From: Klebsormidium nitens | Taxonomy: Eukaryota; Plantae; Klebsormidiophyceae | Assembly (NCBI GenBank): GCA_000708835.1 | Contig: DF237382.1 | Span: forward strand, 1-64,000 | Reading direction: 5' to 3' | Length of the DNA: 64,000 bases | Shown here: one piece after another, positions 24,601-35,762 of the stretch | How positions within the stretch are numbered: the first letter of the stretch is position 1 | How the letters are laid out: each line of letters begins with the position of its first letter | Notes under the pieces: generated by a model | Told to the model about the DNA's origin: nothing | What the model saw: the letters and a program-made list of their open reading frames with translations, nothing else | Database searches by the model: none | Made by a program: the position numbers and the translations under genes

Positions 24601-26461
24601 TGAGCAAGAGTCCTGAAAGTCTTGATATTGAGAGTCCTTTTAGAACCTTGCTAATCCAAATCCTGCTCCAAATCCTGCTCGTCAGATCAGATTCTCGTGA
24701 AGTCGGATTCTCTCTAAGGCACCACTTTTGGCTTCTCGGCGACTTCCGTTCAGCAGCGCTCTTTGGGCGTCACAGTGGACCGTTCACTCTCGAATCGCAC
24801 CCTCACGCGACTCACTCTGTCGAGCTCATCTTCCGAATGTCTTTGGAGAAGGTCTTCAATGGATCGTAAGCAGTGTTTTCCCACACATGTTGCCACGTCA
24901 TGCTCTGATGTCAGGCCCTTTCGGCCAGGTCGATCCCGACTCAAAAACTACAAGCAAGTGGCGAACACGCTAACACTCGATTGGCGAGATCAAGGAATAG
25001 GAAGACTATATTTTTCAGCGCAGCATTGTCCCACGTCACTTTCTGACGTCAGCCCCGTTCTCCCAGGTCGATCTCCAATTGGAGGACTACCAGCAAGTGG
25101 CGAACACGAAACAAGGTAGAATGCGATCGTCGAAGTCAAAAGAAGTAACCATTTTTCGGCTCCGCACTTTGCCACGTCACGTTCTGACGTAAGCCCCCTT
25201 TTCCCAGGTCGACCTCCGACTGGAAGACTACCAGCAGGTGGCGAACACGCTGGTATAGAATCTGCGACATCAGGAATCATAGTGTCCTCTTTTTTCCAGC
25301 CCAGCATTGTTCACGTCACGTTCTGACGTCAGCCCCGTTCTCCCAGGTCGACCTCCGACTGGAAGACTACCAGCAAGTGGCGAACACGCTGGTATACGAC
25401 GGCGAAGTGGAAGAGATTTCGGAGTTCGACCCCGACGAGGACGCAGACACGACGTTCTATCGGATGTCGCCCATGAGCGTCCCCGAGACAAACGCTTTCA
25501 CGTCGATACCATGCGGAGTGTGCCCGGTGAGACCTCCCCCGGCCGCTTTTTCTTCTTCCTTTCCTCCTTTTTCCATTTTATTTTGTGGGCGCGGACGGCC
25601 GGGCACGTTCGCCAGACGAACGCATTCACATCGATACCGCGCGGGGTGTGCCCGGTATGGGATCCCCTATGCGCTTCCTTTATACATCTGTTCGTTTTTC
25701 CTCTTTTCTTTTGGCTTTTCTCCTCGGTTGCGGCCGATTGGCAGCATCCTCTGCTTGAGGGTCCCTTCGGAGTGTGCCCGACGAGGTTTTTGCGGGCGAT
25801 TACTTTGCTCGAGGTTCCCGCTGAGGACTCTTCTTGGACTCTGTGCCGAGCGGAAACGGAGGCGGTGGGTTATCACGGCCCCGAACGTGGTCGTAACAAT
25901 CGCTCACGTTGCACACTTTTGGAATAGGTTTGAATAAGCAAAATCGAGGTCTGCAGCCGCCTGTTGGTGCTCGGGCGCCCCTCAGAGCTGCGCAATAGCA
26001 CCGAACATCTACTTTCGTTCATTCTTAGAAACCTGATGCCGTCTCAAGCACAGGAAATGAAGACTTCGGGGCCCTTCATTTTGTTTGTGGCGCCTTTCGC
26101 TTCCTTTACCAAACCACTGTCTTGATATGTTTTGCCGGATAACCTAGTCTACCCACCTATACTAGATATTCTCAGGTGATACTTTCTGCCCCGCTCGCGG
26201 CCACCAGAGCCCACCTTATCTATTCTATCGGCACAGCACGCGTCACAGAAGCAAACATTGGATCGTCCAGAGCAGCATTGCCCCGGCTCTGGACCGCTTT
26301 TCGGCTAGCCGACGTTGTTTTTATAAATTCTTGAAGCGATGCGTGGGCTTTTTACTCGTCTGACAATTGCTCGGGTTTTCTAGGTGTTGCACGAATGCTC
26401 GGACGACGGCCTGATATCCCCTGCAACCTGCGTCTACTATCAAGAATGGCTGCAGTTCTGA
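21626..26461 (+). CDS. RPC6: RNA polymerase III subunit C34/RPC6 (POLR3F)
   Basis: Exons 21626-21703, 22675-22818, 23140-23218, 23469-23581, 24316-24516, 25347-25526 and 26384-26461 total 873 nt (290 aa). Motifs: GIWTRDLKLRSNL, LEGRRLIKAVKSVASKNRKVYMLYEIEPSREITGGAWY, and the C-terminal Cys cluster PCGVCPVLHECSDDGLISPATCVYYQEWLQF. Confidence 0.96.
22250..22500 (+). repeat. Two intronic echoes of the RPC6 exon-2 acceptor and start
   Basis: gcag|gacgtcacccaaagatgctc (~22252) and gcag|ggcgtcacccagaagatggtc (~22472) versus the real gcag|ggcgtcacccagaagatgctc (22671). Confidence 0.85.
24893..25256 (+). repeat. Three ~140-bp tandem echoes of the RPC6 exon-6 acceptor region and exon start
   Basis: Unit ccacgtcac.ttctgacgtcagccccgttctcccag|gtcgacctccgactggaagactaccagcaagtggcgaacacg. 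The AG ends at 24928, 25066, 25207 and 25346 (real), giving periods of 138, 141 and 139. Confidence 0.95.
25616..25654 (+). repeat. 39-nt intronic echo of the RPC6 exon-6 3' end, flanked by AG and GT
   Basis: ccag|ACG AAC GCA TTC ACA TCG ATA CCG CGC GGG GTG TGC CCG|gtatgg versus the real ACA AAC GCT TTC ACG TCG ATA CCA TGC GGA GTG TGC CCG|gtgaga. A pyrimidine tract lies upstream at ~25546-25585. Confidence 0.92.
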
Positions 26462-26849
26462 AGCTGGGACCTTTTCCCCCAGAACTTCGTAAGCGAAGCC
26501 TTGCGGCAAAGCCTAGAAGTCTCCCCTCCAAAGCGGCACGCAGCGGCGGTGACGTTTGCATTTGATGAGATCATTCACGGGGATCGATACCAATTATTTC
26601 CTTGCTTTGCGTCACTTGCTGTCAACATCAGGCCTTTATGCATTGCGCTGATAAACCCCTCTGCCGTCAGCTTGGAATCATAAGACGAGAGCGAAGACTT
26701 TGAGCTGCCCGTATCCGGTCGACGATCAGACCGCGAGGTTTATTATGCAATCTCTGTGGCTATCTTGGAGTTCTCTTCGTACCGTTTCGAAGTGGTTACA
26801 GCTGACCCGACCTGGCATGAAACTTTGTGGCCGCCCGTCGATGCCAACC

Positions 26850-27420
26850 GCCGCATGTCCAGCGTGATGATTTATGCGCCTCATGAAGACTGAGTCCGCT
26901 TTTGATTCATCTTAAGTCGAAGATTCTTCTAAACCAGCATGCTGGCCGTACATGCAGCCTGCCTGCCATGCATACGACATCATGGGGCGGCCTGCCACTG
27001 GCAGCAGCTTACGCTTCCGCGAGCTTCCTGCAATGAAGCGAGGGGTGGCATATGAGTCGATGGATACGCGTACACAATGACATAATCCGACACGTGCTAG
27101 AGGTTCGACCATTTGAAGCTAGATCTCTTTGTGTATGTCCGGTCATGAGTCACGGCCATTTTAGCCGGCAGAGAATAATTTATAGGACACGCACGAGTGC
27201 GCATATGCATAGCGCTCACGTACAAAATTATGTCAAATTTGGTGTAGATGAATCGACTGTCGAAGGCTCGGAATCGATCGTGCAACCGATACAATAACAG
27301 AGTATAGCTGCATATATGGTACGCTTGTTGGCGCGAAGGGCCTTTTAAGAGGCCTTCAACCATCTGCCTGAGTTATAACAGATCGAGAGCCGCGTGCCAT
27401 GCACTGAGAGGTATGCGATC
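26850..27420. other. RY-rich patch 3 in the convergent intergenic region RPC6/esterase
   Basis: ccagcatgctggccgtacatgcagcctgcctgccatgcatacg, gcgcatatgcatagcgc, gtgccatgcactg. Confidence 0.7.
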
Positions 27421-27815
27421 ACATCTGTCATTGACTTGAATGATCAACTGAAAAAGCACTAATTTGCTTGGTACGACGCTAGCTAGGTGAGCGGTAATGA
27501 TTGACTGTTTTCGGACGTCTATTTTTTGGCATCTTCTGATCTTGCACGCGAGGGACATGGGCCGGGGTTGCTCGAGTGCCGGCAGAGCCGGCCCCCCAAA
27601 CCAAACGTCTCTGGCACCCACTTGGGCGTCTAGCTGAGTCAGGCTGGATGCCTTCGTACCCCCATGCAGAACGTGGCCCAGACTTCAAATACATACTACT
27701 TCGCCTCCTAGCAGCGCTACAACCATAAAACGATGAAGTAATTGCTTTTTATACCGTCTAAGTTTCACTTCATCCCTTGGGACCTAGCGCTTGAGATGTC
27801 CGACAAGGAAATCGG

Positions 27816-30800
27816 CTAGATCCCTGGTGGGTACGTCATCGGCATCTCATCTTCTTTCTCCGGCCTCTTCCACACCGACTCTTTGTCCAGTGGTTCGACA
27901 GCGCTCGTCTTGGGGATGAATATGATCTTGTCAAACATCTGGAAGACCTGTATAGATGAGACACACGTCCGTCAAACGCTCCCTTGAACACTTGAGAACC
28001 TGCTATGATTGTATCATACTCGTCAGCTACCAGCACATGCTTGAGTGCTTAGAATACCGTTTTACAGGCTTTACGTCTGAGCTCCAAGTCTACTTGATGC
28101 AAAATGGTCAATATCCTTCCCCCTCTTTCGACATTCCTTGTGGGCTTCGAATATTGACTACCCTAAAATGCGGTGGCAGTTTGTCCAGACCCAAGGTGAA
28201 ATAAAAACCCGACGCGTCGTCTGTCAATCAAGCGCAACAAAGGTTTTGACTAGATCGAGCGCATCAAGCGCCTCACATTCGCTCTGTAGTAATTCTCGCG
28301 TTCGTCCCCGTCCTCTCGGTATACGAGGCCGATGGACCTCTTCCAAATGCAAAGCTCCCGGGGCTCCACGCGGGTACAATCTAGTAGGAACGGCGCGGGC
28401 GACACCTGGAGGGAACGGAAGGATGCTGGTCATTATCCTTCGCATCTCTCCTTCTCTCCAGATCATGCAGTAAACAGGCAACTGGATGAGAGGATTTGTT
28501 TGGAAAAAGAACGACTGTCGGCACCTCTGCTTGGACACTTAGACGAAAGGCTGCGGACGCATGTTTATCAAAGACACTTTCTACTTTTGGTGGTGCTAAA
28601 TCTGGTACAGCATCCAGTGGTCGGCCATTTTATGGAAGCATTCCAACCAAAAATCGCCGGTCGTACCACTACCATCAAAAAGAGAGGGATCGTTTGGGGC
28701 CTACCTGGTTTAGTACCGAGCCTAGAGTACCGGGAACCGACGGCTTCAGCCGCACGCACTGGCCCGGTGCGCCCCAGTCAGGCGCCGCCGTCAGACTGCC
28801 GTAGTGGGTGCTACAAAGGAGGAATGGGTTGCTTTACCAGATGGGTGAGGGGCATTTAACAGACGCAAAACAGGACTACAAAAGGCCAGCAACAAATTTC
28901 ACGAAGCATCATTGGGGTACACTCTCGCCGCTCTTACTTGAAGTTTCGAATGGAGGGCGAATTTTGAAGTGCAGAGTATCCTCACATAGGGGACTGGAGT
29001 CGTGAAAGTAACGACGCTAAAGTCTGGTCAGGTTGAGTACAGGACAAAGCAAGATGGCGAGACCTGATCTTGCGAAACGGCCAGGAAGAAAGGCTTCCGT
29101 TCCTTCAAAGGTCTCGAGCGAGGTGCGAACGCTCAGACGCCTATTCCTCGCCAGGATTCTGGCAAAGACGCAGATCAGGGCAAAAAAATATCGATGAAAA
29201 TGCTGAAAGGAAAACCCGACGGCCAGCTTCTACTCGATCCTTCTCTCGTTTCCCTTTCCGGTTGGTCGGCCATCCTTTCAGATCTCTTCCAAAGACATGC
29301 GCGGAAAGGAAGAAGAAACGTGTACCTGAACCCGATGATGAGCGCCTTGTCCCCGTACTTTTCCTTGACCAGCTGCCCCAGGTTGATCTGGTGCCAGTCC
29401 CACGCGATCTCCGTCGCGCGCGCGTCGCTGACGTGGCAGTTGTGCGCCCACACGACGACCTTGCACGGCCGCCCGCACCGCCGCTCGCAGTTCTCCTTCA
29501 GCTCTGCGGACAGCACTGCTCGCGTGAGCCGCAGAGAAGGGTAGGGGTTCTTGTATGTTTATTGAATGTTTATTGAATTGCTTATTGAATGTTTATTGAC
29601 TTGTATAGAATGTTCAACACCTGCTGACGTCACAAGGAATGTCATTTCAGCAACGTCAACATTTTTAGCCCTATCTGGCGCGAGCTACTATTCTTAGCTG
29701 TGATAGCACTCCGAAAATTATGCCCATCCACGCCTGACGACGTTGCAAGGAGGTTTGCCCAGAAGAAGACCCTCATATCAGCGGTGCTTTCAAGGCGGGT
29801 TTTCAATCGGAGGAAAGTCTCTCGGAGGCTGCTCACCGACGAGTGTTTCGAACATGTGCCGGTCGCGGACGCTCCACGCCGCTTCGTACGCTTCGTACAC
29901 CTTCCGATAGTACGCCGCTCCGTTCCGCACTGCCAAACCGTTCTGCAAGAAAATATCGAGCTGTTTTCAACGGGTCAAGTTTTGTGTCAATGAGTCGTGG
30001 GGCAAAGCTACCGATGAAAAAATCACTTTAGATTGCCAAGCAGCAAAGCAGGATTCTCTCGCGTCACAGGGATGTGAAGAGCTTTATAAAGAAACAGCTC
30101 CGCCCTTTCCCAATGCGCGCATCAAGAGAGCGCGCGCTGTGCGATTAAACGAGGGCGCTCACTCCGCTTTGACGCAGGCATATTGGCAGCATCATCGCAG
30201 CTGAATCCCTAGCAGACACTTTTCTGGAGAAACAAGTCATAAATTCCTCGATCCGCTTCTCACCAGGATTGCGAAGTGGTGCTCGTCGTCCTGGCACCGC
30301 GCGCCGCGCGCGTCGGCCCGCGACGCGGCCGCGGGTCCCATCTGGCGCAGCTCCGTCAGCTCGCAGGTGACGTCAGGCTCGCCGATGGGCTGCGCGCGCG
30401 CGGCCGCGGCGAAGCCGTACTCGTGCGGGTCGGGGGCGAATTGGGCGATCGCAGCGTAGCGCTGCCTGGCATGCACCCGCGCAGAGTTTTGAGAGAAGGA
30501 AGAGTTTGCGGTCGTTATAGCAGCAGCCAAACGCGAGAAGTAACTTCCACTACTTACAAGTCCTGTCAGGATAGACGTCCGAGAGGCGGCGCTCGCTTCA
30601 AAATTGAACCGCTTGAGAAGGCATATCTTCCCTTTTCCTCTACTTGCCGATGCAAGAAAGAATTGAGTACGGATCGGAAGAATGAGAGACATGCGGTGTA
30701 AGCAACTGCAAGCAAGAGAAGAACTTCCGTCGGACGGATGTTTTTGTACTTAAGAGGCTGGCTTCTTACAGGAGACGTGCTTCTCATACCTTCAGGAGAA

Positions 30801-33274
30801 AGAACACGAAGACTCCGGAGAGGACTTGTTTATATAATACGTGACGTAAAATCGAGGTCGATTCCCCAGCGCTTGGAAAAGCAAGCGATATCATGTTGAG
30901 ATTAGAATCTACTCGAGACTCGACATACGATGCGAGTTACGGTGAGGGAAAGGTTTTTGAAGTCCTTCGAGGTCGTGACGTCCTGCTTGTTGCGAGAGAG
31001 TACGAGAGCTGCTGTTGTAATGCATACGGCTCTTTGGGCAAGTGGTGCGGAGTAGGTTGAAGAAAGACCAAAACTGAGATTGCGACCATAAGACCGAGAT
31101 CTCACTTGGCTCTCTCCGCCGCTTTGGGATCTTTCTTCTGCAGGTACTCGATGACGCATTCCATCGACTGGTACAGATGGTGCAAGTCGAAGCCGTGGAG
31201 AGATACTTCGTGTCTGGAGAGCATTCCATTGTCAGGTTGTCATCCGTTTCTTTAGATTGTCCTCAAGCGACCAAATTAATTGAAGACTTCGCGGAAGAAT
31301 TTAACGTTCTGCTTTGATTATTCAATTCTCGGGTTCTGCACGAACCGCTTTCGTCGACGTCAAAGTGGTAATCCGAAGAAGAGACTGGTCTTTCTATCAT
31401 GTAGTGATTCTAGGAGCAAAGTTCTGCCTACATGCGCTCGTGAATAGAAGTTACCGTTGCAAAAGAGAATTTTGATGATGCAAAAAAGTCGTGTATGCAT
31501 TGCCGCAGTCCCGTAGAATACATATTGAAACCCTTTATCCACCTCGACACATCCTTGACTGACTTTCGGCATCAATCAAAAGGAAGACGGAAACCGAATT
31601 GCTTGCGAATAAAAACGGGATTGCTTGCTAGATCCTTTGACTCACACTGGCTTGACTTACCCGCTCGGTTTCCCTCCCGAAAATATCGTTCTGCATGTAT
31701 GAGACCAGAGGGAAAATCAGGCGGCATAGAAGCGTTGGAATCAAACACTCTCATGAATTGATTAGGCAATCTACGGTTGCCGTTTTGGCGGAGATTTTTC
31801 AGCGTGACGCTCTGCTGGACATCTGGCTACGAAGAACTTCCAATCTAGCGAAGAACAAGCTCGAAGGGCAAGAAGAGGTGGAGATAAAAGACGGCTTCGC
31901 ATCGGCTAGAACTGCATTGTTTCAGAGCGTGTCCCTTTTTTTGTCTTCTTTGATTCGTTTATCTTCTGCTTCAATGAATGCTGGAAGTAATTAATCTTCT
32001 GAGCTCCTTCAGACGCACAGAAAGGAAGATAGCTTTACTCGTTGTGTCGCCTGGCCCACTCCACGAACTCCTCCATGACCGTGTTGCGCCACATCCAGAG
32101 CGGGTACTGCTTAAACCCCGAGAGCGCCGCGGCCGCGCTGTCGTCGCGCGACGCGCCGCGGACGTAGCGGTCCACGCGGTCCATGTCGACCAGGTCCGCC
32201 TCAAGAACCACCAGCGAGAAGCCCTGCAACAGGGCGGTCAGCTTTTAACACAGAATCGCTTCTTTCCGGCAGATCGAAGATTTGTGGCAATGGATCTCCA
32301 GAATTCGCAAGTTCTGGGGCGTGGATCTTATGCCTATGGATCTGGTATAGTCAGCTCGGGTTATTGTACTGGGACGGGTAGGGTTAGTAAGGTGGTTAGG
32401 GTGGGTACGGGTGCAGAGCGGGTGAGTATGTGGGTTCAGGTTTTTATTATTAGCTTCGTTCTTACTACAACTTGAGCTTACTATGATTATTCCAGAGAAA
32501 ATCGTGGATCTGAGCCGTGCCGCGAGGGTGATTGAATGTGAATATATTCTTCGATTGTCTTTTGATTCTGGATTTTTAATTCAAAAAGCAACAGGTGATG
32601 AATAGAAGTGAAGTGCTGACGCGAAGGTCACTCATTTTATTAGGGTCTATGCGTATCATATCTGAATTTGAACGCCTCATAAGTAATATGACAATTGATC
32701 AGCAGGAACGATGTACGATCAATCTATAGTAGTAGTGCTGATCAAAGGCCGCTTATTGTAATGCTGTATCTTCTGCATGTGCGCGCAGAAATTACGTGCA
32801 CCTTAAATCTGCTTCCCTAACCCTGAATGTTTTTCCGCTTAGAAAGGACCGCTTTTTCTACTAGAGGCCACAAGGGTTTCAGCTTTCCGTGCGACACTTA
32901 TTTACCGTGCAAAGTTGTCAACAATTTAAGCAGAGTCCTCAAGCAAGCTTCTGGATAGAGTAAGGCCTCCCTTTGCTTACCTTTTCTTCAATGAGTCGCT
33001 CCGTAATCTTGCAGCGTTCTTCCGCCATCTCGCGAGTTCCATGCGTTGACTCTCCAATCAGCACTATTTCTGCGTCGCCAATCTGGTGCAGCAACTCGTC
33101 GTACCTCCCCTCTGACTTCTCAGACAAAGCAAAGGCATGCGAGCGAATTCCACTCATATCTACTTCCTGACTCTGATCTCGCCGCCTTTCGTGCTGAAAA
33201 CGTTCCAGCTCTTCGTCCCGCTGGATACTTTTCCTCTCACAGCCATGATGCTCTGCTGACTGACCGACAGACAT
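27816..33274 (-). CDS. Erythromycin esterase (EreA/EreB-like, PF05139-type) family hydrolase, 9 exons
   Basis: Exons 33274-32981, 32223-32039, 31213-31106, 30465-30264, 29942-29837, 29515-29326, 28810-28705, 28405-28277 and 27947-27816 total 1452 nt (483 aa), with all phases compatible. Family motifs: [116 protein letters not shown]. An additional upstream exon cannot be excluded. Confidence 0.88.
29557..29600. repeat. Short imperfect tandem repeat (TTTATTGAATG-like, ~4 copies) in an esterase intron
   Basis: gtttattgaatgtttattgaattgcttattgaatgtttattgac. Confidence 0.75.
32371..32422 (+). other. G-run cluster (potential G-quadruplex) in esterase intron 1
   Basis: gggacgggtagggttagtaaggtggttagggtgggtacgggtgcagagcggg contains seven GGG runs and TTAGGG-like units. 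Confidence 0.5.
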
Positions 33275-34394
33275 CTCTACAGGATGTCTCGAACCTCAGG
33301 AGGCTTGTCAGGGCAATTGCTTGATCGTTTCTGCGATTTCTACCTCCTCAACAGAAAATCTTTGTGGATGACTTCAAGCGCCAAGCGGATTGCTGAAGCA
33401 AGCTTACAGAGAAAAGCACGGAAGTCGTATAACACATAAGAGAACCCGCATGTATACTGAATGGAGTGTGCAAGACTCTGCTCGTTGAAATGACTGAGAT
33501 GGAAACGACTTAAAGCGTCTGGAATGGCGCTCATTGCCTGAAAGCATCCCCGCAGCACACCCGTATAGACCAGCTTCAGCTGTCTCATCATCTGCTACAA
33601 GAACGCACTTTCAACGTCTCTTTTCAAAGTTCACTCAGCTTGCAAACCAAATTACTTGCAGCATTCCAAGATTGATACCAGATTCCGTGCTCAAGGCAAA
33701 TGCTGAAGAGGCTTGAGCTTCGAAAATGAGCACCGCAAATGCTGCAGGACCCTCGAGCATGGCCTGCCACGAGGGATCCAACTTTCAGAATTCAAATTGC
33801 ATTGCTTGACAATCTGGCCGTCTCGAGTCAAACCCGTTCTGATTCAAAGCTGGGCCGTCAGATGAGCGCATTCTGGGACATCGAAGGGTCAACTTTTGCT
33901 CATTTTTCAACGAGCCCCGGTCACGGACGGAGCTGACGCTGCGGCTGAGTCTGAAGTGCGCGCCCTGCAATGTTACATGAGTGCGTCTAGTGTCCAGGCC
34001 ATATAACGTCTGGTGATCTTATTTCCATTGCATGCAGAGTCATCACAGACTGCTGATGTCAGGCGTTTGACATGAAGCTAGGCTTCCGGACTCGATGTAC
34101 CTTGCTGACGAAGATCGTAATTCGAGTAGCAGAAATAAAAGTGCCTGCTTTTGAGTATGAACTTATGATGGTTTGGCAGTCTGCAGGAGAGAGCCACCTT
34201 CTTGCAGCTTGAAGCCTCTTGCAACGCTTGTTCTGCGTAGCTCGAGAAATCGCAGTAAGAGCCGGTGTTTTTCTTAGCTTTTGGCTTTCCTCGCGAAGAG
34301 CTTCCTTCCCCCTCGTTTTCTTTAGCATTCGAAGTCAGCGTGAGGAGCCGTCTCGGAGCAGTCCGCTGCGCAGTCTTCCGTTCCGCGTCTCGAA

Positions 34395-35762
34395 ATGGCG
34401 AACAACCAGGCGTTCATGCAGCTCATTGGCCCCACGGTGCTCTTCATTGCGTTGGCCCCGGGGTTCCTCCTAACGGTGAGAAAGTGCTGCATGTCGGTAG
34501 AAATGTGGCTTCTCGTTCTTATTAAGCTGGAAAAAAATGTAAGGAAGACGGAGGAATGGTTGGATTTATTCATTTGCAGATGCAACCAGACCGGAGCCGT
34601 GTTCTTCAGCTTACAGTAAGATGGTTGAATGAAGGTGACATGCAATCAATTATCTCTTCTTGCGAACTCCGAAAAGGTCGTCAAGTATGACAGGAATTTC
34701 CGTCCCGTTTCCTCGTGCATGAGCCTTATCTGGTCTGCAAAAAGTTCCCCGAGGGACAAAGTGAGGCGTTCTACAAGCTAGTGTTCAGCTTAAAGGCCCA
34801 AAGTAGTCAAAATAACGGGTGCTAGTGCCTTTGTTGGGCTTCTCGAGGGTGCCTGCTGAACAATTGCATCCTTCCCCATATCAAAGAACAGCGACTAGGA
34901 AGAGAATCAAGAATGGTGGGCTGTAGAGAGATAGATGCTACAGATGTTTAAAGAGACGGCTGATGATGCTCCTTACTTCTTGAAGATGCTGTCAATGATT
35001 GAAAACTCTCAAGACATTTTGCGTTCCGAGTCTCGTACCCTCATGATCGACATAAGCACCTCTCGGTCCTTAAGATGTTACTTCTGAAGGAACCACCATG
35101 TGGGTTTGTGGCTCAGAGTTGTTCACATTAAATCATTTCCAAAGACAGGAACTATATGTGCATTTGGCACATCGGTTCATTGACATGTTTGCGTGTCGTA
35201 ATTAGAGTACGTTAGAAACGTGAAGACAGACAGATGCTTTCGTGAATCAATGTCTTAGGCCTCACAACAAGTACTGCTGGGGTCATCTTGATGCTTGCCC
35301 CTGTGTGTCGACGATGGCAAGCCGATGATGATGATGATGATGATGATGACGATGATGATGATGATGATGCACGGTCTCACGGTCCGTCAGGAGGACGGCC
35401 TGGAATGAGACGTTTCTGCGTCTGCGACTTCAAGTCAGTCGGCCAGACCTCTAGGCCGAGTAAAATCTAGATAAATAAAAAGGAAGCATTTTTCGCTTTT
35501 GCTCCTTCAGATCCCGTGAACCGTACAAAAGTTTCACGCAAAATCATAGCGTTGCCTGTAGCATCAAAGCAGGAATACGATATTACGTCCTTTGCTCCTC
35601 CCGGTACAGATCCCCGGTGACCGCAAGCCGATCGAGACAGGCGCGGACAACCAGAAGGTGCGCCCGGCGCAGGTGCTGACGCACGCCGGGGTGTTCGCGG
35701 GCGCCTACTACGGCTGGTTGCGCTTCATGTCCAACAACGCGCGCGCGGTGCGCAAGCCTTAG
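34395..35762 (+). CDS. Small membrane protein, DUF3339-like (77 aa, 2 exons)
   Basis: Exons 34395-34475 and 35610-35762 give MANNQAFMQLIGPTVLFIALAPGFLLTIPGDRKPIETGADNQKVRPAQVLTHAGVFAGAYYGWLRFMSNNARAVRKP. GP.VLF..L.PG.L...PG followed by a later V.HA..F is the DUF3339 pattern as I recall it. Confidence 0.75.
35324..35368 (+). repeat. (GAT)15 microsatellite with one GAC interruption, intronic
   Basis: Directly visible within the DUF3339-like intron. Confidence 0.97.

Noticed and set aside
35324-35368. Poly-Asp ORF 35288-35470
   Set aside because: Translation of an intronic (GAT)n microsatellite with no coding support.
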